This document shows positions 36,850-45,429 of a stretch of DNA of 53,593 bases, one piece after another (the first letter of the stretch is position 1; each line of letters opens with the position of its first letter). Origin of the DNA: Thermoplasmata archaeon (lineage in GTDB: Archaea; Thermoplasmatota; Thermoplasmata; Lutacidiplasmatales; UBA184); contig JAVYSA010000005.1 of assembly GCA_038729445.1 (NCBI GenBank), positions 1 to 53,593 of the forward strand, in the 5' to 3' direction. Below the pieces are notes generated by a model. That model saw only the letters and a program-made list of their open reading frames with translations, did not search any database and was not told the origin of the DNA. Position numbers and translations under genes: made by a program.

Positions 36850-37689
36850 ATGCCCGGCCGGCGCGGGAGGGACGAGGAAGGGGAACGCTGGCGGCGGATT
36901 GCATCGGATCGGCGCCGAGGCGCCTCCGCGCTGGGGGAGGAGGCCCTGACGGTCCTCGCGGAGGATCTCCTCCGTGCGAGGGAGACGACCGCGCAAGCCC
37001 GACGCCGCCTGCGACGATGGGCACGGCGGATGGGTGCCGCCCAGCCGGCGATGGGGATGTTCCTCCGCTGGCAGGCGCTCCTTCGCCGGGAGGCCGACCG
37101 ACCGATCCCTCGGCCGGCGCGCCTGGGGCGCCGGGCCCGGCGCGAGGCCCTCCAGATCCGCCGGGAGAACGAGCGGCTGTCCCGCACCGTCGCGCGAGGG
37201 ATCGCCCACGACCGCCGCCTGGCGACGTTCAGCCGCAGCCGCGCGGTCGAGGGCGGGATCCTGCGGGCGTCCGCCCGCGGCTGGCGCGGCGCCGTCCGCT
37301 GCCTGGCGAGCGATCCGGGCGGGGAGGGTCGACGCCTCGCCCGGTCGCTGCGCGCCGCGGGCGTCGATGCCCGAGCGGTCCCGGACCGGGCGATGGAGCG
37401 CACGGTACAGTGGGCCGACCGGATTCTCGTCGGCGCGGACACGCTGCGGCCCGACGGGGAGCTCGTCCACAAGGTCGGCACCCGAACGCTGGCCGCGATC
37501 GCCGCGCGCCGGGGGAAACCCCTGACCGTGGTGGCCGGCCGGTCGAAGCGGCTGCCCCCGTGGGCGGACCGGAGGTTCCGGATCCCGCCGCTGTTCGACC
37601 GCACGCCTCCCCGATGGATCGGGGCCTACTGGACCGAGCGGGGCACGCGGCCGGGATCCGTGGGAAGGGGAACCCGGTCGGCAAGGTGA
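36850..37689 (+). CDS. eIF-2B alpha/beta/delta-like protein (divergent)
   Basis: TFSRSRAV, S.PGGEG, ILVGADT, HKVGT..LA, LFDRTP. Confidence 0.75.
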   Translation: MPGRRGRDEEGERWRRIASDRRRGASALGEEALTVLAEDLLRARETTAQARRRLRRWARRMGAAQPAMGMFLRWQALLRREADRPIPRPARLGRRARREALQIRRENERLSRTVARGIAHDRRLATFSRSRAVEGGILRASARGWRGAVRCLASDPGGEGRRLARSLRAAGVDARAVPDRAMERTVQWADRILVGADTLRPDGELVHKVGTRTLAAIAARRGKPLTVVAGRSKRLPPWADRRFRIPPLFDRTPPRWIGAYWTERGTRPGSVGRGTRSAR

Positions 37690-37714
37690 AGTGCGCCGGT
37701 TCCGTGGAGGGGGG

Positions 37715-38053
37715 ATGGAGCGCTGGACGGAGAAGGACTTCGAAGGGTCCCGCAGCCGCCACCCCGGGCTCTGGGTGGTCGCCTTCCTCGCCGACTGGTG
37801 CCCGTTCTGCCGGGCGTTCCGTCCGGAGTTCGCGGCGATGGAGGGACGGCATCCGTTCCCGATGGCGGTCATCGACCTCACCGACTTGGAAAGCCCCCTG
37901 TGGGAGACGTTCGCGGTCGAGGTCGTGCCGACCGTCGCGGTGTTCGCCGACGGGAGGCTGGTCTGGCGCCGCGACGGCATCGCGATGCAGGGACTCGGAC
38001 GGCGGGATCTGCAGGACCTCGCCGCCGCCGCCCGGGCGGCCGGCGGGCACTAG
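37715..38053 (+). CDS. Thioredoxin family protein
   Basis: F.ADWCPFC and cis-Pro VPT. Confidence 0.9.
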   Translation: MERWTEKDFEGSRSRHPGLWVVAFLADWCPFCRAFRPEFAAMEGRHPFPMAVIDLTDLESPLWETFAVEVVPTVAVFADGRLVWRRDGIAMQGLGRRDLQDLAAAARAAGGH

Positions 38054-38083
38054 CCCTTTGTAACGCGGGGGCATGATCCCGCG

Positions 38084-38902
38084 ATGACGGACCGCGCTGA
38101 CGCCCCGGTCGCCCTGGTCACCGGGGGAGGGACGGGGCTCGGATTCGCGATCGCGGGCCGGCTGGCCGCCGACGGCTACCGGCTGGCCCTCGCGAGCCGC
38201 TCGGCCGATCACCTCGAGCCGGCCGCCCGGCGCCTTCGCGAGGCCGGGGCCGAGGTCGTTGCCCCCACGGTCGATGTCCGCGATCCGTCTCGGGTCGACG
38301 CCCTGATCGACGCCGTCCGATCCGCCTACGGGCGCCTCGACCTGCTCGTGAACAACGCCGCGGGCAACTTCCCCGTCCCCGCCGAGCGGCTCAGCCCGAA
38401 CGGGTGGCGGGCGGTTGTCGGCATCGTGCTCGACGGCACGTTCTTCTGCTCCCGGGCCGCCTTCCCGCTGCTGCGGGAGAGCCGGCGCGGCGCGATCGTC
38501 AACATCGTCGCCGCGTACGCGTGGACCGCCGGCCCGGGAACGGTCCACTCCGCCGCCGCGAAGGCCGGCGTGGTCTCCCTGACCCGGACGCTCGCGGTCG
38601 AGTGGGCCCGCTTCGGCATCCGTGTCAACGCCGTGGCCCCGGGACCGGTCCGGACCGAAGGGACGGACCGCCAGCTCTGGACGTCCGCCGAACGGATCGA
38701 GCGGATCACCCGGGGCATCCCGCTCGGGCGCTTCGGGACTCCCGAGGAGGTCGCGGAGGCGGTCGCCTTCCTCGCCGGCGACCGGGCCCGGTACATCACC
38801 GGGGCCGTGCTTCCCGTCGACGGGGGACAGTGGCTCGGTCAGGGGCTGATGGAGCTCCGCGACGCGGAGCCGGTCGGGCGCCCGGCGGAGGAGTCCCGCT
38901 GA
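38084..38902 (+). CDS. SDR, 2,4-dienoyl-CoA reductase-like
   Basis: TGGGTGLG, NNAAGNF, LSPNGW..V..IVL.G, HSAAAKAG, LAVEW, VDGG. Confidence 0.9.
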   Translation: MTDRADAPVALVTGGGTGLGFAIAGRLAADGYRLALASRSADHLEPAARRLREAGAEVVAPTVDVRDPSRVDALIDAVRSAYGRLDLLVNNAAGNFPVPAERLSPNGWRAVVGIVLDGTFFCSRAAFPLLRESRRGAIVNIVAAYAWTAGPGTVHSAAAKAGVVSLTRTLAVEWARFGIRVNAVAPGPVRTEGTDRQLWTSAERIERITRGIPLGRFGTPEEVAEAVAFLAGDRARYITGAVLPVDGGQWLGQGLMELRDAEPVGRPAEESR

Positions 38903-38960
38903 ACGGGGGAGCCGCGGTGCCGCACTCGGGACCGGCTCGGAACGGGCCACGGGGTCGGGC

Positions 38961-40355
38961 ATGAGCTTCCTCTCCCCGTCGGAGACCACCGTCGCCATCC
39001 TCCTGCTCGGGGCCACGATCCTGCTGGCCTTCGGCAGCGACGTGCTGGCCGAGCGGTTCCGGGTCCCGGACGTGCTCTGGCTGATCCTCTTCGGCCTCCT
39101 GGCCGGACCGATTTTTCACCTGGTCACCCCCGGCCAGGTCGAGCACCTCGGGGCGATCCTGGGAGCGGCCGCCCTGGTGCTCATCCTCTACGACGCGGGC
39201 ATCGACTTCAACATCCGGGACCTCCGCTCGGTCGGCCTGGCCGCCAGCGCCGTGGCCTTCGCGAGCTTCGCCGCCTCCACCCTTGCCCTGATGGCGGTCG
39301 CCTACCTCGTCCTCGCCCCCGGCCAGCTGCTCCCCTCGGTCCTCTTCGCGCTCTCCCTGGCCGGCGTCTCCGGCGCGGTGGTGCTGCCGGTGGCCCTGCG
39401 CCTGGGCTTCCCCGACCCATGGCCGGTGATGCTCGGGCTCGAATACGCCATCGAGGACACGGTCGCCGTCCTTTCGGTCACGATCCTCGTGAGCGTCGTC
39501 GCCCGCGGCGGTGGGCTGGGGGAGGTCGTCCCGGCCGTCCTATTGCCCCTCCCGCTCGCGATCGCCTTCGGCCTGCTCGGGGGCTTCGTGGGGATCCAGT
39601 TCCTCTCGCGCTGGCAGAGCCGGACCTACGCCGGGCTCGCAACGATGGGAGTCCTCTTCCTCGTCTACGCCGCCGCCGAGTCGCTCGATGGCTCAGGGAT
39701 CATGGCGGCGCTGATCATGGGCATCGTCCTCGGCAACGACGCCTTCTTCCGGCGCTGGCTTCCCCGCTCCTCCCGCCGGACCTTCGCGTTCGACCCGAGC
39801 GTCCGCCAGGTGCACAACGACATCGCGTTCGTCCTCCGCGCCCTCTTCCTCGTCATCCTAGGGATCCTCGTCCCGTTCCAGCCGCTGGGCTGGATTGCGG
39901 TGGGCGCCGTCGTCGGCCTTCCCATCGTCCTGCTCATCGTCCGACGCGCGCTGCTCCGGGCCGCGGCGAACTCCGGGCGGATCCCCTCCGGGCTGGTCGG
40001 CCGCTTCGCCGGGCTCTATGCCCGAGGGCTGACGAACGCGGTCGTCCTGATCCTTGCCATCGATCTGCTGCCGGTCGCCTCCTCCGCGGCGCTCCAGAAC
40101 CTGTTGCTGCCGGCGTTCGTGATCATCGTGGGCACGAACATCGCGATGACCGTGCTCGTCGCCATCGGCCCCGGCCCGGCCGCGCCGCCGGCCGGGCCGT
40201 CCGGCCGCCCGGTCACCCCGTACGCCCGCATGCTGCTCGAGCCGATCCCCCCTCGGTCCCCCGCCGCGGAGGAGACCCCGGCCCCTACATCGATGGGACC
40301 TCGCGCTCCGCCAGGAACCGCAGCAGGACGGCGGCGTACATCGACGGATGGCTGA
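38961..40355 (+). CDS. Cation:proton antiporter (CPA1/NhaP-like)
   Basis: About 12 TMs; PDVLWLI.FG, LILYDAG, LE..IED, ARGL. Confidence 0.85.
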   Translation: MSFLSPSETTVAILLLGATILLAFGSDVLAERFRVPDVLWLILFGLLAGPIFHLVTPGQVEHLGAILGAAALVLILYDAGIDFNIRDLRSVGLAASAVAFASFAASTLALMAVAYLVLAPGQLLPSVLFALSLAGVSGAVVLPVALRLGFPDPWPVMLGLEYAIEDTVAVLSVTILVSVVARGGGLGEVVPAVLLPLPLAIAFGLLGGFVGIQFLSRWQSRTYAGLATMGVLFLVYAAAESLDGSGIMAALIMGIVLGNDAFFRRWLPRSSRRTFAFDPSVRQVHNDIAFVLRALFLVILGILVPFQPLGWIAVGAVVGLPIVLLIVRRALLRAAANSGRIPSGLVGRFAGLYARGLTNAVVLILAIDLLPVASSAALQNLLLPAFVIIVGTNIAMTVLVAIGPGPAAPPAGPSGRPVTPYARMLLEPIPPRSPAAEETPAPTSMGPRAPPGTAAGRRRTSTDG

Positions 40356-41130
40356 GGGCCGGCCAGTGGCCGACCCCCGGCAGGATGAGGGTCGTTGCCC
40401 CCCCCAGGCGATCGGCAAGCGTCCGCGAGGCCGCCGCGAGCACCCGGGGAGCGCGCGAGCCGACCGTCACGAGGGCCGGGCTCACGTACTCCGCGAGCGC
40501 CACCGGATCCGGCCGGTCCGCCTCAGGGTCCGAGACCTCCTCGACCCACCGGGGGCCGAGTGCCGACCATGCCGCCCTCCGCTCCGGCGGAAGCGCCTCC
40601 CAGGCCGCGACGTCGCCCGCGAACTCCTCGAAGAACGATGCCGCCACCTCCGGGCCCCGCCCCCAGCGGACGCCGGCCTGCATCGCCCGGACCCGCTCGA
40701 GCCGCCGGGGCCGGTCCCAGTCGGCGCCGAGCGGGTCGGGGATGCCGGCGAGGATGCCGAAGCACGGAGGCTCGTGGAGCACGAGGCTGCGCACCAGCTC
40801 GGGGCGCGTCCCCGCGAGCCGAAGGGCGACGAGCGCGCCGAACCCCTGGGCCACCACGTGCGCCGGGTAGAGGTCGGTCTCCTGCAGCAGGTCGGCGAGA
40901 TCTTCGGCGTCCTGGCGGACCGGGTGGGTGCGCGGCGGACCCCGGCTCCCCCCGTAGCCGCGCCGGTCGTAGGTCAGGACCCGGAGGGACGGGGCGATGG
41001 CACCCGCCACCTCCCGCCAGACCGTCCGGTCCGACCAGGCGCCGTGCACGAGGACGGTGGGATCCCCGCGGTCGCCCTCGGTCTCGTAGGCCAGCTCGGA
41101 GCCGGCGGGCCCCCGGGCGATCCCGATCAC
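40285..41130 (-). CDS. Alpha/beta hydrolase fold protein
   Basis: GTGA overlap; VLVHG, YDRRGYG.S, LVLHEP, GVGH.P. The nucleophile elbow is atypical (AQGFG). Confidence 0.8.
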   Translation of the reverse strand: MIGIARGPAGSELAYETEGDRGDPTVLVHGAWSDRTVWREVAGAIAPSLRVLTYDRRGYGGSRGPPRTHPVRQDAEDLADLLQETDLYPAHVVAQGFGALVALRLAGTRPELVRSLVLHEPPCFGILAGIPDPLGADWDRPRRLERVRAMQAGVRWGRGPEVAASFFEEFAGDVAAWEALPPERRAAWSALGPRWVEEVSDPEADRPDPVALAEYVSPALVTVGSRAPRVLAAASRTLADRLGGATTLILPGVGHWPALSHPSMYAAVLLRFLAEREVPSM

Positions 41131-42230
41131 CGGCCTGCCTCTCCCGCCGGGACGGGGAGCCCGCGACGGGCGGAATAGACGAGACCGAGGGCGTTGCCGG
41201 GGGCCTCCCGGGTCCGGATCCGGGTGAAGCCGGCGGCCGCGAGGAGCGCTCGGGTCCTCGCTTCCCCGCCGCAGGCGCCCAGCCCCCCGGGGCCGCCGAA
41301 GCGGGAGACGGGAAGGCAGTAGGTCACGCTGATGCCGTAGAGGTAGGTCGCCCCGCTCCGCCCGAGGTTCTGCGAGAGGTCGCTGGAGGCCCGCGGCTCG
41401 GTGGCGAGCAAGATCCCTCCCGGACGAAGCCGGCGCGCGATCCCCCCCAGCACTTGGGCGGGCCGGGAGAGGTCGTGGATGACATCGAAGAGCGTCACCG
41501 CGTCGAACCGGTCGCCCGGATCGAGATCCTCCAGCGTCCCCTCCGCATAGCTCAGGTTCGGCAGCCGCTCGCGGGCGGCGCGCCGGCGCGCGAGGGCGAC
41601 CGACCGGGCATCCGGGTCGATCCCGAGGAACCACGACCTCGGGAACGCCCGCGCGAGCAGCAGGAGGGGATATCCCCGGCCCGTCCCCACGTCGAGCACC
41701 CGGATGCCCCGGGAGAGGGCCGTGGCGAGCCCCGGGGCGCAGCGGACGTACGCGCTCGCCAGGAGTGCGTCGTAGCGACGGCGATTGATCTCCTCCATCA
41801 CCGCGGGGAACTCCTCCACGTAGGCGGCGGGGGAGATCCCCCGTCCCGTGCGGAAGGCGTGGGCGAGCCGGGCCCCTTGGCGGGCCCCGAGCGTGACCAT
41901 CCGGCTCGCCGGGGCGAGGTTGTAGATCGACGGACCGGCGAGGCAGCGCGCGCGGGCCGACGAGAGCGAGAACCGGCGCCCCTCGGGGGCATAGCGGGCG
42001 ATCCGGGCGCAGGCGATCGCGCTCAGCCACTCCTCCGCGTAGCGCGCGTCGACGCCCGCACGGGCCGCGATCTCGGCGGCGGTCCCGGGGCCGGCGGCGA
42101 GGGCCTCCCACAGGCCGGTCCGGTGGCCGAGGTCGATCATCGTCACGGTCTCCGCCTCCGCGTACAACCTCAGGAGGCGGCGGGCGAACGATCGGGTGGC
42201 GGGGGAAGCCTCCGTGGGCGCCGGTGCCAT
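41127..42230 (-). CDS. Winged-helix plus class I SAM-dependent methyltransferase
   Basis: LG.RTGLW.AL..GP, RYAEEWL, VLDVGTGRG, FD..HDL, YCLPVS, GGLG. Confidence 0.9.
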   Translation of the reverse strand: MAPAPTEASPATRSFARRLLRLYAEAETVTMIDLGHRTGLWEALAAGPGTAAEIAARAGVDARYAEEWLSAIACARIARYAPEGRRFSLSSARARCLAGPSIYNLAPASRMVTLGARQGARLAHAFRTGRGISPAAYVEEFPAVMEEINRRRYDALLASAYVRCAPGLATALSRGIRVLDVGTGRGYPLLLLARAFPRSWFLGIDPDARSVALARRRAARERLPNLSYAEGTLEDLDPGDRFDAVTLFDVIHDLSRPAQVLGGIARRLRPGGILLATEPRASSDLSQNLGRSGATYLYGISVTYCLPVSRFGGPGGLGACGGEARTRALLAAAGFTRIRTREAPGNALGLVYSARRGLPVPAGEAGR

Positions 42231-42280
42231 GGGCGAACCATATGGGCCCTCAGGCTTAGCCTGTCCGGTCGAGGGCGGGG

Positions 42281-42550
42281 ATGAGCGCGATCTTCCAGCG
42301 GCCGCTGTGCGAGATGGGACGGGCCTACGACTTCGCCTACCGGCCGATCCTGGGCGATCCGGGGCCGGGGACCGGAGGTCCCTGCGACGACCGGCCGACC
42401 TCCACGGTGCTCCTTGCCGCATCGGCCGACCCCTCCCGTCCCGACCCGCCCCGCCGGTCGTTCCTCCTCTGCCCGGAACACCGGGACCAGCTCGCCCGCA
42501 TGGACCTCACGCTGCGGGAGCGGGGGATCGCGCCGCGCCGGGTGCCATAG
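42281..42550 (+). CDS. Small hypothetical protein, possible metal binder
   Basis: Fills the gap; LC...C...LCPEH. Confidence 0.5.
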   Translation: MSAIFQRPLCEMGRAYDFAYRPILGDPGPGTGGPCDDRPTSTVLLAASADPSRPDPPRRSFLLCPEHRDQLARMDLTLRERGIAPRRVP

Positions 42551-43439
42551 CCGACCGGCCCGGGGCGGGCGCGAGGCCCGTGCGCTCCGCGCAGATCTCC
42601 CAGAGGCGGGCCGCGATCGCCGGATCGCTCGATCGGGCCGAGCCCCGGACCAGGCGCTGTCGGGCGAAGTATCCCCCGGTGATCCCCGCCACCGACGGGT
42701 CGGTCGCGAGGAAGAGCGGCGTCCGGGCCCCGCGCTCGGGAGCGATCGCGCCGATCGCCTGGAGGACGCGGAAGAGCCGGGGACCCCATCCGCGACCCTC
42801 CAGGCCGAAGTGGCTGCGCACGAACCCCGGATGGCAGGCGTTGACCGTCACCCGGGAGCCGGGATGGCGCCGCGGGGCCTCGCGCGTCAGGAGGAGGAGG
42901 GCGAGCTTCGACTGCGCGTAGGCCGCCCACGGGCCCCACCGCCGGACCCGGTCGAGGTCGTCCAGCGCGATGCGCCCGCTCCGGTGCGCCGCACTCGAGA
43001 GGTTGACGATCCGCCCCGCGCCGCTCGCCTCGAGGGACGGCCAGAGGCGCTCCATCAGGACGAACGGCGCGAGGACGTTGAGGGCGAAGGTCCTCTCGTC
43101 GCCCTGGCGGTTGACGCGGCGCTCGTGGAAGAGGGCCCCGGCGTTGTTGATCAGCACATCGATCCGCGGCGGGCCGGCCCGCAGCCGGTCGGCGAGCTCG
43201 CGGACGGCGGCCGGTTCGGCGAGGTCGCAGACGAATCCCTCGGCCGAGCCTCCCCCACCGGTCAGGAGGCGGAGCGTCGTGTCGAGCCGTCGGGCGTCCC
43301 GCGCGATCAGGAGGAGGTGCGCCCCGCGGCGGGAGAGGGTCTCGGCCATGACCGCGCCGATCCCCGAGGTCGGGCCCGTCAGGACGATCCTCCGGCCGGC
43401 AAGGTCGTGGCGGGCATCGGTGTCCGTCGGTGCGCCCAT
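42507..43439 (-). CDS. SDR oxidoreductase (retinol dehydrogenase-like)
   Basis: TGPTSGIG, LINNAG, N.LAPF, NLSS.AH, YAQSK, HPGFV. Confidence 0.92.
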   Translation of the reverse strand: MGAPTDTDARHDLAGRRIVLTGPTSGIGAVMAETLSRRGAHLLLIARDARRLDTTLRLLTGGGGSAEGFVCDLAEPAAVRELADRLRAGPPRIDVLINNAGALFHERRVNRQGDERTFALNVLAPFVLMERLWPSLEASGAGRIVNLSSAAHRSGRIALDDLDRVRRWGPWAAYAQSKLALLLLTREAPRRHPGSRVTVNACHPGFVRSHFGLEGRGWGPRLFRVLQAIGAIAPERGARTPLFLATDPSVAGITGGYFARQRLVRGSARSSDPAIAARLWEICAERTGLAPAPGRSAMAPGAARSPAPAA

Positions 43440-43605
43440 CGTCCTCGCCGCCCGTCGGCCGGATCCCGGGAGGCACCGGGCGATGGCCGTGCCGTCCATA
43501 AGCCCTCTCGACGAGCGGGGGGAGCGGCGGGGCGGAAGGCCGGACGCCGGCACGCTTATACCTCGGCGGCGTTAGCGAGGCTCACGGGCGAGGTCCCGCG
43601 GGACG

Positions 43606-43884
43606 ATGGTGAGCGTCGAGGTCGACCACAACAAGTGCACGGGGTGCCAGCATTGCCGCGATGTCTGCCCGGTCAACGTCTTCGAGATGCAGCCCCGGGA
43701 GAACTTCCCGGATGCCGTCGATGATCCGGCCGTCGCCGCGAAGTTCCAGTTCCGCGCCGAGAAGTCGGCGGTGATCAACGGGCCGGACTGCATCATGTGC
43801 GAGGCCTGCCTTCAGGAGTGCGAAGGCGAGTGCATCACGATCGTCGACGACGAGGGCAAGGTCCACCAGTCGACCTACAAGTAG
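43606..43884 (+). CDS. 2[4Fe-4S] ferredoxin
   Basis: CTGCQHCRDVCP and CIMCEACLQEC; acidic; TTATA box upstream. Confidence 0.92.
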   Translation: MVSVEVDHNKCTGCQHCRDVCPVNVFEMQPRENFPDAVDDPAVAAKFQFRAEKSAVINGPDCIMCEACLQECEGECITIVDDEGKVHQSTYK

Positions 43885-43909
43885 GGCGCCCCGGGTCCCC
43901 CGCCCGCGG

Positions 43910-44923
43910 CTACGCTCCGGGGGTGGACCGGCCCTCGGCCGGGTCCCAAGGCATCCGCACCCGGCGGAATCCCCGACGGACCGCCACGGGAGGCGCCGCC
44001 GGATCGTCCGCGAGATCGACCTCCACCGTCGCCCACCGTCCGAACGTGCCGAACTCGATCGAGTACCAGACGACCTTCCACCCGCCCCCGGACCGGCGGG
44101 TCGCGTCGGCGAACTGGAACGAGTCCTCCCACCGGCGCATCGGTCCGCCCTCCCGGAACGGCGCGGAGCGTGCGATCGCCGCCGCAGGAGTGGCGATCGG
44201 GCCCTCGCCGACCGTCGTCGGCAGCGTCAGGACGTACGGCCCCGAGAACCCCCGCCCCAGGCGGTAGCGTCCGAAGGCGATCGTCCGGTGTCCCCCCTCG
44301 GTGCGGTCCCCGTAGAGGTACCACCGGAACGGGGTCTCGGTCGGCACCACGTGGTCGAACGGACCGAACCGGGACTTCGCCCGGCCGAGCCAGAACCTCA
44401 GCGAGAGGCGGAGCGCGAGGTATGCCGCGAAGAAGGCCCCCAGCGCGTCGACGGTCGCCCAGTAGATGCCGAGGGCCACCTGGTTGCGCTCCACCCCGAG
44501 CAGCAGGTACATCGCCAGGACGCTGAACACGAGCATGCCGAAGTTGACCGCGCGCTCGGCGTCATAGCAGATCCTCTGGCGGGAGAACGGGAGCAGCGGC
44601 GGGACCGAGTAGTTGGTGAAGGCGTCCAGGCCGATGTGCAGCAGCCCCCCGAGCTCGAAGACCGCGGCGTAGACGAGGGCGCTTCCCGGCGCGATCAGCG
44701 GCGCCAGGGCGCCGGCGACAACGGCCACGACCGTGACGCCGAGGAAGGAGTGCGTGATCCCCCGGTGCCGGAATGCCGCCCATCGGCGACCCAGCGGGAA
44801 GAGGAGGGCATCCGCGTCCGGGAGCCCTCCCGCCAGAGCCCCGGCCGCCACGTACTGCGGATGGAGACCCACCACGCCGAGGGTGAGGAGGTAGCTGATC
44901 AGGACGTGCGTGATGAGGTCCAC
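43910..44923 (-). CDS. YdjM-like membrane metal-dependent hydrolase
   Basis: MD..TH, LPDAD, HRGITHS, H..LD.FT. Confidence 0.85.
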   Translation of the reverse strand: MDLITHVLISYLLTLGVVGLHPQYVAAGALAGGLPDADALLFPLGRRWAAFRHRGITHSFLGVTVVAVVAGALAPLIAPGSALVYAAVFELGGLLHIGLDAFTNYSVPPLLPFSRQRICYDAERAVNFGMLVFSVLAMYLLLGVERNQVALGIYWATVDALGAFFAAYLALRLSLRFWLGRAKSRFGPFDHVVPTETPFRWYLYGDRTEGGHRTIAFGRYRLGRGFSGPYVLTLPTTVGEGPIATPAAAIARSAPFREGGPMRRWEDSFQFADATRRSGGGWKVVWYSIEFGTFGRWATVEVDLADDPAAPPVAVRRGFRRVRMPWDPAEGRSTPGA

Positions 44924-44935
44924 GGCCCCGGGGGC

Positions 44936-45202
44936 CTAGAGCAGGCCCTCCTCCATGACCTCGACCGACTCGACGCCCGGCACCTTCGCGAGCGCCTGCT
45001 CGACCGAATCGAGGAGCCCCCCCTCATCGTTCATCACGACGCTGACCAGAAGGGCCCGCAGCCCGTAGGCGATGTCCTTGGCCTGCATCCCACGGATCGT
45101 CACGCCCCGCGGGATCGCCTCGGGGATCTTCCGCGCCACGCCGGCGAGATCGGTCTCCACGCCCTGCGGCATCAGCCGGAACAGCACCGCCACCTGGCCC
45201 AT
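44936..45202 (-). CDS. ef1b: Elongation factor 1-beta
   Basis: MGQVAVLFRLMP.GVETDL, IAYGL.AL, GVESVEV. Confidence 0.93.
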   Translation of the reverse strand: MGQVAVLFRLMPQGVETDLAGVARKIPEAIPRGVTIRGMQAKDIAYGLRALLVSVVMNDEGGLLDSVEQALAKVPGVESVEVMEEGLL

Positions 45203-45222
45203 CGATCCCCTCTCCCGGCCCC

Positions 45223-45396
45223 TCAGGGACCCTCGAACCCGCACGAGGGGCAGCGATACCGCACGCTCTGGTCGCGGCAGCGGGGGCACCGGCCGATCAC
45301 CGTCGCGAGGCAACTCGGGCACAGGAATTGCGTCGCCCCCCGCACGGGCAAGGGCCCGCCGCAGGAGGTGCACTCGCTCGCGCGTGGATCGGTCAC
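45223..45396 (-). CDS. Zinc-ribbon protein (DUF1610 / HVO_2753-like), 57 aa
   Basis: Own translation: MTDPRASECTSCGGPLPVRGATQFLCPSCLATVIGRCPRCRDQSVRYRCPSCGFEGP. Four CxxC motifs and GFEGP end; classic neighbour of ef1b. Confidence 0.9.
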   Translation of the reverse strand: MTDPRASECTSCGGPLPVRGATQFLCPSCLATVIGRCPRCRDQSVRYRCPSCGFEGP

Positions 45397-45429
45397 GGTG
45401 GGAACTCCGGGCTCCGCGGTGCCGGAGCC

